Assembly (NCBI RefSeq): GCF_018350175.1
Contig: NC_058368.1
Span: 68,326,001 to 68,390,000, forward strand
DNA: 64,000 nt
Origin: Felis catus
Taxonomy: Eukaryota
Direction of reading: 5' to 3'
Shown here: piece by piece, positions 13,141 through 25,581 of the stretch
How positions within the stretch are numbered: the stretch's first letter is position 1
Layout of the letters: each line of letters opens with the position of its first letter
Made by a program: the position numbers and the translations under genes
The notes under the pieces: generated by a model
What the model was told of the DNA's origin: nothing
Seen by the model: only the letters and a program-made list of their open reading frames with translations
The model's database searches: none

Positions 13141-13565
13141 GAGAGAGAGAGAAAAAGCACGAGCAGGGGAGGGGCAGAGGCAGAAGGAGACACAGAAACC
13201 AAACAGGCTCCAGGCTCTGAGCCATCAGCACAGAGCCCAGTGCGGGGCTCAAACCCATGAACTGTGTGATCATGACCTGAGCCAAAGTCAGATGTTTAAC
13301 CAACTGAACCACCCAGGTGCCCTGCCCTGTTTTTCTGACATCTCTTCTCTTTACATCCCATTCTCTGATCTCCTGCCTCCCTCCTTCAGTTATTAAAGGA
13401 CCCTTGTGATTGCAGGGGGCCCACCTGTGTAATCCAGTTTAAACTCCCCATTTCAAGGTCCTTAAATTAATCTCAAAGTCGTGTTTGCTGTGTAAAGTAA
13501 TACAGTTACAGGTTCTGTGGTTAGGATATGGGCATCTTTGCAAAGGCACTCTTTTACCTCCCACA
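12955..13565 (-). mobile_element. MaLR LTR (MLT1C/D-like), interrupted by a SINE
   Basis: ccatcttcaaagccagcaa, aaggacccttgtgattgca, acaggttctgtggttaggatatgggcatcttt, ending cccaca. Confidence 0.8.
13071..13322 (-). mobile_element. CAN-SINE
   Basis: Full element with long GA tract; degenerate TSD tgccct(ct)gtttt. Confidence 0.95.
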
Positions 13566-13639
13566 CCATATAGGCAGAGGTTAACAGATTTGATAGCATC
13601 ATATTTTGGATGAAGGTGGCCAACAGCATCTCAGACATT

Positions 13640-13885
13640 GCTGGCAATTAGTAAAACCTTGATGCACAGCCGGTTGGATTATCCATAAGAGTATAATTGC
13701 ACTTGCAGGAATTTCTCTTTCAGATTCACCTAGACAGGTGAAGATGATTATATATACAAGGGTATTCAGTGCCCCATTTTTGTAACATTAAGGAATTGTA
13801 AAGAAGTCATCACCAACAAATAACTGGTTGGATAGTCATGGTACACTGATAAAATGGAATATGCTGCCACCTTTAATGAAAGATG
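13640..13885 (+). mobile_element. Ancient L1 (L1ME-like) ORF2 end
   Basis: aattgcacttgcaggaattt...atacaagggtattcagtgc...atggtacactgataaaatggaatatgctgc. Confidence 0.6.
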
Positions 13886-14132
13886 CTTTTCTCTTTGTTA
13901 TTATCACCAAGAGGCAGACTGTATGTCATTTGTTTATGAAGCACGTGTTTTGTTGTTGTTGTTGATGTTGTTGTGTTTTGTTTTGTTAACGTTTTGAAAT
14001 CAGGGTGTGTCTTTCAAATAATGACTTGTCCTTTTTCAATGGCAGAATAGTTTTGTTCTTCCCTAGCAGTGAAATAATGATGTGTTTTCTGGTCAGTGAG
14101 AACTGGAACTTGATGAAATACTGTAGTTAAGT

Positions 14133-14149
14133 GGGGGGGGGGGGGGGGG
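14133..14149. repeat. G17 homopolymer
   Basis: 17 consecutive G. Confidence 0.95.
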
Positions 14150-14229
14150 ATGTTCAAATTAGTGTGTAACTGTATTATATGTGCAACAAAATAATTATGT
14201 GTAAAACACACATTTTCCCTCTTTATTAG

Positions 14230-15675
14230 ATCATTACCATCAGCATCAAAAAAAGCTTTGTATTTCTTCTATTAAAGAAAAGCAGATCTCCTTTTGATCA
14301 CATTTTCTCCCTCTAGTTAATACCTCTTTTCTTGACTTTCTTTTACAGCAAAACTCCTCAAGAGACTTAATCTATACTCATTTTCTCCAATTTCTCCTTG
14401 GCTTCTTACTCCTTAAATCCATTCTAATTCGTTTTTGTCCCGCTAAAACTCTTCACGTCAGTACTACCATTGACCTCGATCTTGATAAATCGTTCACCAC
14501 CATTAGACACAATTGTCATGCCTCCTCCTTGAAATATTGTCCTTCCCTTGGATTCCCTTGGATTCCAGGACCCTTCACACTGGTTTTCGTCTCTTTGCTT
14601 TTACCTCATGGCCTTCACCACTGTTTCAGGACCCCAGGGCTTCGTCCTTGCTCCCTTTCTCTTCTCCGTGTTCACTTTTGTGAGGGCTCCCCCAAACTCA
14701 GAGCTTTGAAAGTCATCCATTTGTCTTCAACTCTCAAATTTTAATGTCTGGCTCACATCTTTTCCCCGATTTCATATTCATATATCCAACTGTCTTCTTG
14801 GCATATCCAATCTTGACATCTAGTAAGCATCTCAAGCTTAGGATATCGAACACTGAACTTCCCATCGTCCCCCCCTCAAATCTGTTCCTTCTTCAGCCTT
14901 CCTATCTCAGGTCATGACAGTTCCAATCTTTCATTTGTTCTGACTAAAATCCTCAGGGTCACGTGCAGCCCACATCCAAGCCTTAGTCTGTTCGTGTTGC
15001 CTCTGCCTTCAAACTACATCCAGAGTCCAGCTGTTTCTCATCGCCTCCATTGCTGCCATCGTAGTCCAAGTCATTGATCAGCCTTTTGACTGTGTTACTG
15101 CAATGTCCTTCTTAGTGTCCCCCAGCTCTTGCTTACCTTATACAGGCTGCTGTCTGTGAAACATCCAGACATCCTGCCAAAGTATGATTGGGATAGTGTC
15201 ATTCCTTTCTCAAAACCCTTCAATGGCATTCTATTTCCATTAGAACAAAAGCTAAGTTTATTACAAGGACAAATCCCAGTCTGATTTGGTCCACTTGGAC
15301 CTTGACTTCATTTCTCACTTTATGCTCCCAACTCACTCTTCCTGGATGCTCTTCCCTGGTATTCACAGAACTTACAACCTCTTCTCCTCCAAGTCTGCTC
15401 AAATGTCACTTTGTCTACGAAGTTCTTTCTGACCACCCTTTTCTACAACTTCCCAAGACTCCCTACTATCATTTCCTGTTTGAGTTTTCTCCCAAAACAG
15501 TTATCATCTTCTACACTAAAAAATTCGCATATTTATCTTATCTATTGCCTGTCTCCCCACCCTAGAATGTATACTACTTGAAGGAAAAGAATATTGACTT
15601 CTTTGCTCACTGATATATATACACCATATTCAATGCTTGACACATATTGAGTGGTAAATAAATATTTGTTGAAAG
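14230..15675 (+). mobile_element. L2 (L2a-like) 3' ~1.45 kb
   Basis: tttacagcaaaactcctc, ctccttgaaatattgtccttcccttgg, catatatccaactgtcttcttggcat, ctcaaaacccttcaatggc; 3' end aataaatatttgttgaa. Confidence 0.85.
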
Positions 15676-16104
15676 GGTTATTAATTCCTTATATGGGCAC
15701 AGCAGATTTCTAGAAGGATACACAAGAGAATGAGGACAAAGGCTTCTCTGTGGAGGGGAAGTGGATTTTGGGCGACAAATGGGGAAGGGAAATGTTTATT
15801 ATTCCACACATTCTGATCTTTTACTTTTATGCTGTTCCTATATTTAAAACAATCATATAGATCATTTACAAACAAGAAAAAATACTAGCTAAAGGCTTTA
15901 GCCTCAGCTGGGAGTTGGGGTGTAGTAACATATTTTGAACCAAGAATTTGAAATATCCCATACCCATTCAAAGTCATCCAACACTCTGGTGTGGACATGT
16001 CTCTGCTAACCATATGGTAATTTAATGTAAGTCCGTCAGGAGAAGTGTTGATGGTATTCTCCATCACTAGATCATTCATTCTCATTCCATTGACCTGGTT
16101 TTTG

Positions 16105-16687
16105 GGTTTCTTTTTGGGGGGTAGTATTGTTTATTTTTGTATTTATTAAGTTTTTTCAATTGTAATTCTAGTGTAGTTACCATACAGTGTTATATTAGTT
16201 TCGAGTGTACAATATCGTGATTCACCAATTCTATGCATTACTCAATGCTCATCATGACAAGTGCACTCCTTAATCCCCATCACCTATTTTACCCACCTCC
16301 CCCTACCTCCCCTCTGGTAACCATCAGGTTGTTCTCTATAGTTAAGGGTCTGTTTCTTGATTTGAGTGTGTGTCTCTCTCTCCTTTTTTCCTTTGCTCAT
16401 TTGTCTTGTTTCTTAACTTCTACATATGAGTGAAATCATATGGTATTTGTGTTTCTCTGACTGACTTATTTTGCTTTGCATTATACTCTCTAGATCCATC
16501 TATGTTGTTGCAAATGGCAAGATTTCATAATTTTTTATGGCATAATATTCCATCGTGTATACAGATACACCACATCTTCTTTATCCATTCATCTATAGAC
16601 GGACACTTGGGCTGCTACCATCATTCCGCTATTGTTAATGCTACAGTAAACATAGGGGTGGATGTATCCCTTTGAATTGGTGTTTTT
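16105..16687 (-). mobile_element. Carnivore L1 3' fragment
   Basis: Antisense 3' UTR (gtgttatattagtttcgagtgtacaat...ctctgactgacttattt...gcaaatggcaagatttc); TSD core cattgacc at 16088 and 16688. Confidence 0.85.
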
Positions 16688-17835
16688 CATTGACCCATTT
16701 TTAAGAGGACTCGCAGCAAAGTTGTGTCCAGAAAGACAGGGCTCTTGAGATCAAAATCACATTAGCTCTGAGCTGCAACAAGATTCGATCTTTTCCTCCA
16801 AGGAGGAGACAGAGGCTAGCCATAGGTCAGCAGATGAATAGCTGCTCACAAATGGATGAACTCAGTGTGTCTGGCAACAAGACGGAGACAGCAATCATAC
16901 TTGATTAAACAGGTGCCAGATACCAACCAGCATGTAATTGTGAGAAGTTAGAAGTAGCGGTTATGGTGTTGACAAGCAAAGGCACTTTGTTAGCATTAAG
17001 CATTTTCCCCTTCAACTGAAAGATAAATCCACAAGGGGAAACAATCCGTTCTTTCTTATTTTTGAAAGTAACTTTCTGTCTGGAAAACAATTTACTGCCA
17101 CCAGAAACGTGTCTTCCTTTAGCAAAGTATATAATTGGCTGCCATTTGACATTATGTGGCATTATTAAAGTCTTAAAATTCTCTTAATGTACTTTTTTTT
17201 TCTTGCCAATGAGCAACACTTTCACAATCACAGATTCCCTTGCTGTCTGTCCTACCTGGAATAATCTATTTTGAGAGCTTTTCAGCCAGAGATGATTTTG
17301 AAAGAGTGAGGTTCTTGGTACAACTTTATAGGATTAGATGGGTCAGACCGACATAAAGATAAAATGCAACCGTGGCTATTATTACTTTGGATTAATTTTT
17401 TTTTTATTCGGCAAACCACACTATGAAGGCCTTTTGTCAACTAACATCAGAACTACTGGCTTATAGAAATGTAGACTTCTACCTGGCCCCCAAGTCTAGT
17501 GCAGCTATCTCCTTCACTTGTGGCAAACATTTATGGATCACCGCTATGTGCAGAATTGACAGGAAACACCATGCAAACGTGGTCATGCTTCACCTTAATC
17601 TGAAAGACAGACTGTCAGTTTCTCCATGTTTCTGCTGCTCATTCAGGTTTGAGAACTACTGCGTGAGAAGATGAAAATAAATAGAAGACCGTGCCTTTGT
17701 TCCTTTGCAATGCACAATATAGTGAGTAAAGGCAAACCCCTTACATAGAAAGCAATTCGGTTTTATTATCAAGCAATATACCCATAGCATGGGAGGCACT
17801 TAGCAAAGGCCTGCTCCTTGAATACATGGCTGTCT

Positions 17836-17868
17836 GAATGAATGAATGAATGAATGAATGAATGAATG
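17836..17868. repeat. (GAAT)n tetranucleotide repeat
   Basis: About 8 units. Confidence 0.95.
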
Positions 17869-18249
17869 CAGTACAGACAAAGATGGGGGCATCATGGATA
17901 TACTGGCTCCTCTCCTTTGCTCCTCTGCCCTCTATGTGATTCTTTGGTTTCACAAGATTAACAAAACATGCCACATCTCTTTAAGCACAATTAGGGCTTG
18001 TCACCTTTGAAGCTATACCAGCATCCCACTGAAAGAGTGTGTGTGAAGCCAATAGTCAGGATGGCATTAAAAAGCACAACATTCTTCACCTAGTCTCAGC
18101 AGATCCTTGTTAACAGAAATGGCTACTAAAGAATAGAAATAGTGTGTGTCACGTCCTAACCAGTGGCAGGGGGAGAGGGGGTGGAATTTAAAAATTTGAG
18201 TTCAAAAATGTGGCAGAAAAGGAGAAAAAAATAAAAATAGGTAAAATCA

Positions 18250-18505
18250 GAAAAAATGAGAACAACAAAATAAGATGATTAGAAATAATTCCAAATACAT
18301 AGATAATCTCAAGTGGTATAAGAGGGCCAAACCCTCTTGTGTAAAGTACAGACACACTAGTTTGAATAAAAGCTAACCCAGATTCAGCTTCATTCTCTTT
18401 ACAGGTGACACATGTAAAACGACACAACTAAAACATAAATATAGGGAAAGACTGAAAGTTAAAGGAGGAAAAAAGATATACCAGGCGAATGTTAATCATA
18501 AATGT
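18250..18505 (+). mobile_element. Ancient L1 ORF2 5' (endonuclease) fragment
   Basis: tttacaggtgacacat...ctgaaagttaaaggaggaaaaaagatataccaggcgaatgttaatc. Confidence 0.65.
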
Positions 18506-18693
18506 ACTTGAGGCCACTACAGTCACATTATTCTGTTACCTGTAGCTGTAAGATTTCAAGGTTCTGCACCTTTTAAAGGAACAAGAAGATGTAATTGAAT
18601 ACCACGATTTCAGGTGCATAATAGTTCAGCTGAATATTCAGGCTTGTTTTAAATTCTGAGCTCATTTTTCCCCTAGAAAATGCCAGTTTCACA

Positions 18694-19253
18694 TTTATTT
18701 TCATTAAAGAGTTACATCCCTATGATTACAGATATTAATGTCATATTCTTATTAAAATGCTATCCATGAAGACACATTCTGTGTGAAACATGTTTCCATG
18801 GGAAGCTGCACCCTATTTCGTTGTAGCTCATGAACTTGAGTTGTGGGGAAGCTGTAATCTAAGGGCAGCAGAATGTTAACTGATGGGATGCTGAGGATTA
18901 GCTACTTCCCTGATGAAATCCAGTTCAGCCTGCCAACATCGGGAAGAAGAGAGAGACTCTTCTCAGGAAACTAGGTAGTGTCCCCTCTCACATTTTTTGT
19001 ATCCTCCAGGATTTATAGAGAAATGTGGCTGGATTTTTAAAGTGGTAATCCCTTTCCACATATGGCTGCAGTCATGTGGATGAGAGCTCCAAAGGGACCT
19101 CCCATCCTTTCCATGCTTCACTGCCAACCTTGGATGATCAGGTCTTGATTCTGCTAATCCTGGGGGACATGGTGGGTCTTCTTCTGGTCAAACCACTGGT
19201 TAAATTATGCAGTCTCAAGTCACTCTTTGTTCTGAGTTATTCATCAGGAGCAT
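18694..19253 (-). other. Candidate terminal exon of an unannotated minus-strand transcript
   Basis: Acceptor ctcgctttttccacattaagtggctttctttttAG|ATGCTCC at 19254/19253; AATAAA on the minus strand at 18699-18694; no transcript evidence. Confidence 0.25.
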
Positions 19254-21617
19254 CTAAAAAGAAAGCCACTTAATGTGGAAAAAGCGAGTGTGAAGAAAGT
19301 TGCGAGGTTCAAAATTCATGCTTTAAAAAGACCGAGGCTATTGAACAGTCACTGGGACCCTCCCCGTATTGACTTGCCCCTGCCTCTTTGGCAGTCTTGG
19401 CACTGAACGTTTGTATTGGGAGGTAAAGCTTCTGAGATGACCCAGCTTTCCCTGGAGAACATGGCCATTAAACATCCTCTATTCTTCTATTGTAGCATTG
19501 CTCCATACTGTGAGTAAAATCCCATAATGACAGTGGAAATCCTGCTTAGTGAATAACTGATCTTTCTATTCTTTTTGAAGTGGGGAAATGGGGGCATGTT
19601 TCTTTATAGTTTTTCTGGGGCTCTTAGTCCTTGTGCTCTATGAAATAAACCCAAAACACAGCTTGTGGTCTTTTCTTTGTTAGTTTGACAATGAAGGTGT
19701 TGTGAATCAGGGTATTTCAAGACAGCTCTCTGTTGTAATATACATTTGGGGGTAGGGACTAATTTTTGAAGATTTATCAATCTGGTGCTTGAAGAGGCAT
19801 ATCACAGGAAACGTTTTGTACCTTACAACTCTTTCCTGGCTATGATTTATTGGACCATGGCACTATAAATCACGCTTTCTGATTCCCTCTTCTCTTTCTG
19901 AAATAAGTGACTCATTCTGTAGGATCAAGCCTGCTCCTTTTGCTTTTTCTTCTTCTTCTTCTTTTTTTTTTTTCATTTTCACTGAAAACCTTGTTTTCAT
20001 CTGCCCCAACCACATATGTGTCATTTTTCCTGGTAATTCTCCCATTATCTGGGCATGCCCATTTGAAGAATATTTCTATAAAAGTCATATGTCATCTAGG
20101 AAATTCAGAAGTAAAAAATGTTTAATATTTGAGTCCTTAAGAAAATGCATAGGTTTCAGTGTAGAAGCCTCATTATTGCCTGGAAACATGGTACACGTGA
20201 AATTTTACCTTATTTTGGTTTTTTTCCCCCCTCTCTCCGCAAAAAGTGTAATTTTCACTGGGCTTGGAGAATGTGAATTCAAATGATCAGTTAGGTTGTA
20301 AGCAATGTTTATTTTTTAAGCCAAACTCCTAGAAACCCATAAAGAAAATAATCATATTTTTTACAACCCCGCAGGTAAACAACAAACATATTTAGAAACT
20401 AGAAGATTTTAAAGCGAATGACAGGGTAAATCAATAACTCCCACATGGAGGGAAGAAATGATTTTCTATTCGGGATATCAAACAAAACTAACGTGATTTT
20501 AATGGCTGAACGAGCAGGCTTCCCATTTGCACTTGCATGAGGGGGAGGTTAAGGATCGGCAGTTGCTCATATAAATCAAGTCTGGTAAGAACTGTATGAA
20601 TAAGTGTTGGACATTTTCAGTTGGAAAGGAGCAGCTTGTCTTCAGTTCTGAGAAGCCTTCCCCTGTGACAATCATCTTTTTTCCACTTTTGATGAATCAA
20701 GTTTTTAATACCAACTTCGCATAAGTAGACACACTAGGCAGCACTTTCTGAGGTGGCAAGGTAGCCAAGAGGAATATAACGATATTTGTCCATCAAAACC
20801 AAATCTGTTGCCTGTGTACTTACCATCACATCATACTTAAGCTCTTTCCACTCACTTGTGCTGTGTTTCACAATTTCATCAACTTCACTGAGGGTTCTAC
20901 TTTCTTAAGAATCAAATGTCTAAATTGGAAATGATCTGTTGAACAACTACTAACCCAACGTTTATTGTTGAAGACCTACTAAGTGCCCAGACAATTATGT
21001 AATTCCTATGTGAGAGAAGATACGTTGCTTCGTAAGTACAAAAGATCCCTCAAAACATCTGAGTTCTACTCCCATCTCTACCATGAGTTATGTGATCACT
21101 GCAGATCATCCAACCTCTTAGCCTTTATGAAAATGAGGAAACCTAAATAAATATTTTCTAACGTACCTTCTAGTTGAAACATCATAGCCTCGATGAACTT
21201 CACTGAACCTACATGCCAACCTCTAGAAGAGGAAGTAGGAGACCAAAAGGCATAAAGAGAACAAATAAAGTGCAAAACAGTGGTAGTGACTAAACATGCT
21301 AGGATTTAAGGTAGTGCTCAGCCAAGTTGTAAAAGTGATGGCTTCTCGTCTCACTAGGCATACATGACTCCGTGTCCATTTAAAAGAGATGAATCCGTTA
21401 TCTCTGGGAGCTATGTGTCAGAGCAGAGTTGGCGGGGGGACGTTTATGTTTTGGCAGTGCACCCAAAGTCTTGAAGGTAACTGTAACAGAAGCACAATTT
21501 CCTGAGTGAACCAGCTTTGGCATGGAGGAAGAGGGCAAGGCCCTCTCTTCGTGAAGGCCGAGGAGCTTCCAGTAGGCGCCAATTATACTTAATGTACATC
21601 AGTATCTCAGAACTCAC

Positions 21618-21828
21618 TTGAATGCACTGAATTCAGTAGGTCTCTGGCTTGCCCCACCCGGGAGGTGGTTTGACACCACTCCTGAAACTTTCTACTTTGC
21701 CTCCAGTAACGCTCTTGTAGCCATGTGGCTGCTGGCCATGATCGGAAGCAGATTTCCTCTGGGTCTCTGCTTCTACTTGTCTGGTCTTGTTCCTGGTGCC
21801 TCACTCCCATCTTCAGGCTTTCCCACTG
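21618..21828 (-). other. Candidate 211-nt exon (one frame open; lncRNA or small-ORF gene)
   Basis: Acceptor ggctttgtctttctgcAG|CAG (NAGNAG), donor CAA|GTGAGT; 70 open codons QWESLKMGVR...LLNSVHS; no homology recognised. Confidence 0.3.
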
Positions 21829-22114
21829 CTGCAGAAAGACAAAGCCCACCAATGTATTGTAGCAGCAAGTTCTGGTTGAACTGCCTTTCCTCCCTGGCAT
21901 AAATAATCGGCCCCAGTGAAACAAACAAAGCAAGCATTGGTAGGGAGGCAGTCCTCCAATATTAGGACTAGACCCAAGAAATGCATTAGACTCTTCCAAG
22001 CTGCAAAAAACTCCACTTGAGAACTACCCCGCTCCACTCCCACTTTAAAGAGAGAGTGTATTTTCTTGACAAGACTAAGGGAAAGTAAGGGGACTAATTC
22101 AGGCACTTTTATAT

Positions 22115-22255
22115 AATTATGTATCTAATCTTAATAACCTTTAGCATTATTTGATATAATTCCAATTTTGCAATGAGGAATTGAAGGTTTAAAAGGTTAA
22201 GTGACCTGCCTAAGGTCAAAGAATTAATATGTGATAGAATTGAATTAAAACCCTT
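22115..22255 (-). mobile_element. MIR
   Basis: ccaattttgcaatgaggaattgaagg...aggttaagtgacctgcctaaggtca. Confidence 0.8.
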
Positions 22256-23779
22256 GAACTAAAAATTCTGTTTTGTTTTGTTTTTGGTTTTTTTTTTCAA
22301 CCAGACTATTGCTGTTTGCAAGGACGTAGAATACAATTACTTTAGTTCCCCTCAAATTGTAAAGATCAAAGAAAGGATGGTAAGGGAAGGATGTACACAA
22401 GGAAGGTAGAATGTAGTAACTATATTGAGTTAACTAGTTAAAACTGGTTACTTACAATGCTTTAGATAGAATAAAGAAAACCACAAGTGCTTCCTATGTG
22501 ATATTAGGCTTCCATCTTTTTTGCATATCAAGAATAACATGATTTTGGCTTCTGTAGTAATCTCATATGAAATCATGAGGCATCACTGTAAATGTTTGGT
22601 TCATGAATATGAATGATCATTTTTTATAAAAATATAACATTTAAACACTTGCTCTATAATTAAATGTTATTTTTGAAGATTCCATTTCCAGGTTAAGATT
22701 TCCCCTGAAGCTCTAATCTAATTAATTGTATTATATCATTTGATTGATAAAGTGATTTGAGGAACTCCCCTAGACCCGCAAGGTCTAACTTCATTGATAA
22801 AAAGTAAACAGCCAGTGAACATCACTGAAGACTGGAAGGTTCTTATGCCACTGATTCTTGCCATGGTACCAATAGATGTTTTTGGTTTTATGTCAGTTGT
22901 TTGTCAAGGAATTATAATAATATTTTTCAAAAAGCTTTGCTGTGACTTCCATTATACTGCGAGACTATTTTTTTCCCCAGCCTCCCCACCATCTGTTTTG
23001 ATTCTACACTGGAAAATCTCCCTCGTATTCCATCCAGAAGGGCTAAGTGAAATCAATATGGCAACAGCAGATTGCTGATACATTCCAGCTTTTAAGTGGG
23101 ATGTTGTTATGATTAACAGTGGCCCAGCTCTTTACCTCTCTATTATCCCAGTGCTATCTCAGAATGTTTTAGTAGCTCATCACATTCAATTAATTCTACA
23201 TGCTTCCTAAATATGCAGCATAAGGCTAAAAGAAATGTGAAGAAAAAAAGATCAATTATATTTAGCTTTCGGCAGGGTTGGAATGCTACGGTTTTCCCTT
23301 TTTGTCTATTTTGGTTGAAGACTGATCAATATATAAGAATACCATGTGTTTTAAAATAGGGGCAATGAAAAATCATTAACAAGATCTATTCTTTTACATG
23401 CCATATGTTTAAATAGAAATTATATTGAACACTTGAGATTTTTTCAATACTACTACTCCAAATAAGAACTATTTTTTTTAACTTTCATAACACCTAATTA
23501 TATGATGCAATCTGTCACAGTTGATTTTTCATAATCCAGCCACTGATATGTATGTGTATCTCTGCGATTATGAGAAACTGGGGATATTAGGGATAGTATT
23601 TTATAGGGGTGCAGTTGTGGATAATGACAAGGCTCCAATGGTGGTTGAAGTAGATTGAGATTCAGAGCCACTAGAGACACCATAATAAAAACATGGTGAC
23701 ACTAGCATGTTGTGTGAATTCTTCATATATGGAAGCCTCTCAGGAACAAGGTAGATATTGGGAAGATATATTCAGGAGG

Positions 23780-24230
23780 TATTTGATCATAAGAGTCAGA
23801 AATTTTGACTAATGCAAAAAGCAAATTCATTGTCTCCTATAAATAGGAAGGCTAGAGGTATACCCCACTTCACACATGATGGAGGGCATTTTTCTTCATC
23901 CATCTCTCAACTTACCTTGTCTCTTTCACTCTTGTGTTTACTTCATCCTCTGCCTTTGCAGACTAGTGTTCTCTATATGGCATGAAAGATGACCAAGGGC
24001 ATCCCCAGATTTCCAACTTCTTTGTTTAGGAGAGTTCAAAGAGAACTTATGTCTTACAAAGCCCACATACAACTCCCAGGACAAGATTTCTGTAGCCCTG
24101 GTTGGATCCTGTGTCCTCTCCTGGACCAGTCACCATGGATGGAGAAATGGGGATCCAATGCTTGTTTGACCAGACTTGGGTCAGGGATGTGCACCCCTGT
24201 GACCCAGGAGTACAGAGTGTTATGAAAAGG
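23780..24230 (-). mobile_element. MaLR LTR (MLT1J/K-like)
   Basis: ttggatcctgtgtcctctcctggaccagtcaccatgg...tttgaccagacttgggtcag. Confidence 0.55.
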
Positions 24231-24524
24231 TGATTCAGTTAATATAGAGGAAAAGCTTTTGATCCTGGCTGATTAATCATGGCTAATCCCCACATAGTGG
24301 AACTAATCAGTCTAACTCATGCACTTTTATTTAGCTACTTGGAGCTAAACTAGTTTGCAAATGTCTGACATGCAACCCATATATACTTTTGTATGCTTTA
24401 TTTTACATAAATGTTTTGCCTGGTCTCACTCATTACAGTGTAAATTTTCAAGCTTCATTAAGTGACTGTGTCTCACCTATTGTTCTTCCTGCCTTATAGT
24501 AGAACCTTAAAAATGTTTGTGAAA

Positions 24525-24581
24525 TGTACAGGGGCCATGCTAATCTCCTCTGTATAACTACAGAGTATTTTAGAGTATGTG
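24525..24581 (-). pseudogene. RNU6 (pseudogene): U6 snRNA pseudogene fragment (about nt 17-69), 3'-truncated, antisense to the adjacent L1
   Basis: 24529-24555 matches the reverse complement of U6 nt 39-65 at 26/27; 24567-24581 matches nt 17-31 at 13/15 (U6 sequence from memory). Confidence 0.9.
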
Positions 24582-25076
24582 GTAGGAATGTAAATTGGTA
24601 CAGCCTCTGTGGAAAATAGTATGGAGGTTCCTCAAAATATTAAAAATAGAAATAGGGGCGCCTGGGTGGCGCAGTCGGTTAAGCGTCCGACTTCAGCCAG
24701 GTCACGATCTCGCGGTCCGGGAGTTCGAGCCCCGCGTCGGGCTCTGGGCTGATGATGGCTCAGAGCCTGGAGCCTGTTTCCGATTCTGTGTCTCTCTCTC
24801 TCTCTGCCCCTCCCCCGTTCATGCTCTGTCTCTCTCTGTCCCAAAAATAAATAAACGTTGAGAAAAAAAAAATTTGGAAAAAAATAGAAATAATATATGA
24901 TCCAATAATTCCACTATTAGTTATTTACACAAAGAAATGAAAACACTGATTCAAAAAGATATATGTGCCTCTGTGTTTATTGCAGCATTATTTACAATAG
25001 CTGAGATATGGAAACAACCCAAGTGTCCATCAGCAGACAAATGGATAAGGAAGAGGTTGTGTGTTTACATACATAT

Positions 25077-25120
<44 letters not shown>

Positions 25121-25581
25121 GAAACAGAGTATTCCACAGCCATAAAAAAAGATGAGATTGTGCCATTCGTGATAACATGGATGGACCTAGACAGCATTAT
25201 GCTAAGTGAAATATGTCAGACAGAGAAGGACAAATAACATCTGATTTCAAATTTAAGTGGAATGAGAAAAAGTAAACAAACAAAAAGCAGAACCAGACCT
25301 ATAAATACAGAGAGCAAACAGATATTTACCAGAGGGACGTGGGGTGGGCAAAATGGGTGAAGGGGAGAGCGAGATACAGGCTTCCGGTTTTGGAATGAAT
25401 AAGTCATGGGAATAAAAGGCACCACATAGGGAATATAGTCAATAATATTGTGATAGTGATATGGGGACAGATGGCAGCTACACTTGCCTACATTTGACTA
25501 TAGCATAATGTATAAGCTTATGGAATCACTATGTTGTACACCTGAAACTAACATAAACTGTGTCAACTATACCCCAAGTTT
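24580..25581 (+). mobile_element. Carnivore L1 3' end (ORF2 C-terminus and 3' UTR), interrupted by a SINE and (CA)n
   Basis: ORF track LVQPLWKIVWRFLKILKIE and IWKQPKCPS are L1 ORF2 C-terminal motifs; 3' UTR ends ctatgttgtacacctgaaactaacat...gtcaactatac. Confidence 0.9.
24655..24879 (+). mobile_element. Young cat-type CAN-SINE (SINEC_Fc-like)
   Basis: ggggcgcctgggtggcgcagtcggttaagcgtccgac with CpGs intact; perfect TSD aaaaatagaaata at 24642-24654 and 24880-24892. Confidence 0.97.

Noticed and set aside
14133..14149. G17 as a functional G-quadruplex
   Set aside because: Isolated homopolymer with no supporting context; its length may be unreliable in an assembly.
21569..21581. CTCF-like ccagtaggcgcca
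   Set aside because: Lacks the central G-rich triplet of the CTCF core.
24525..24581. Functional U6 snRNA gene
   Set aside because: Truncated at both ends, ACAGAGA box mutated, no PSE/TATA or T-run terminator context; it is a retrocopy.
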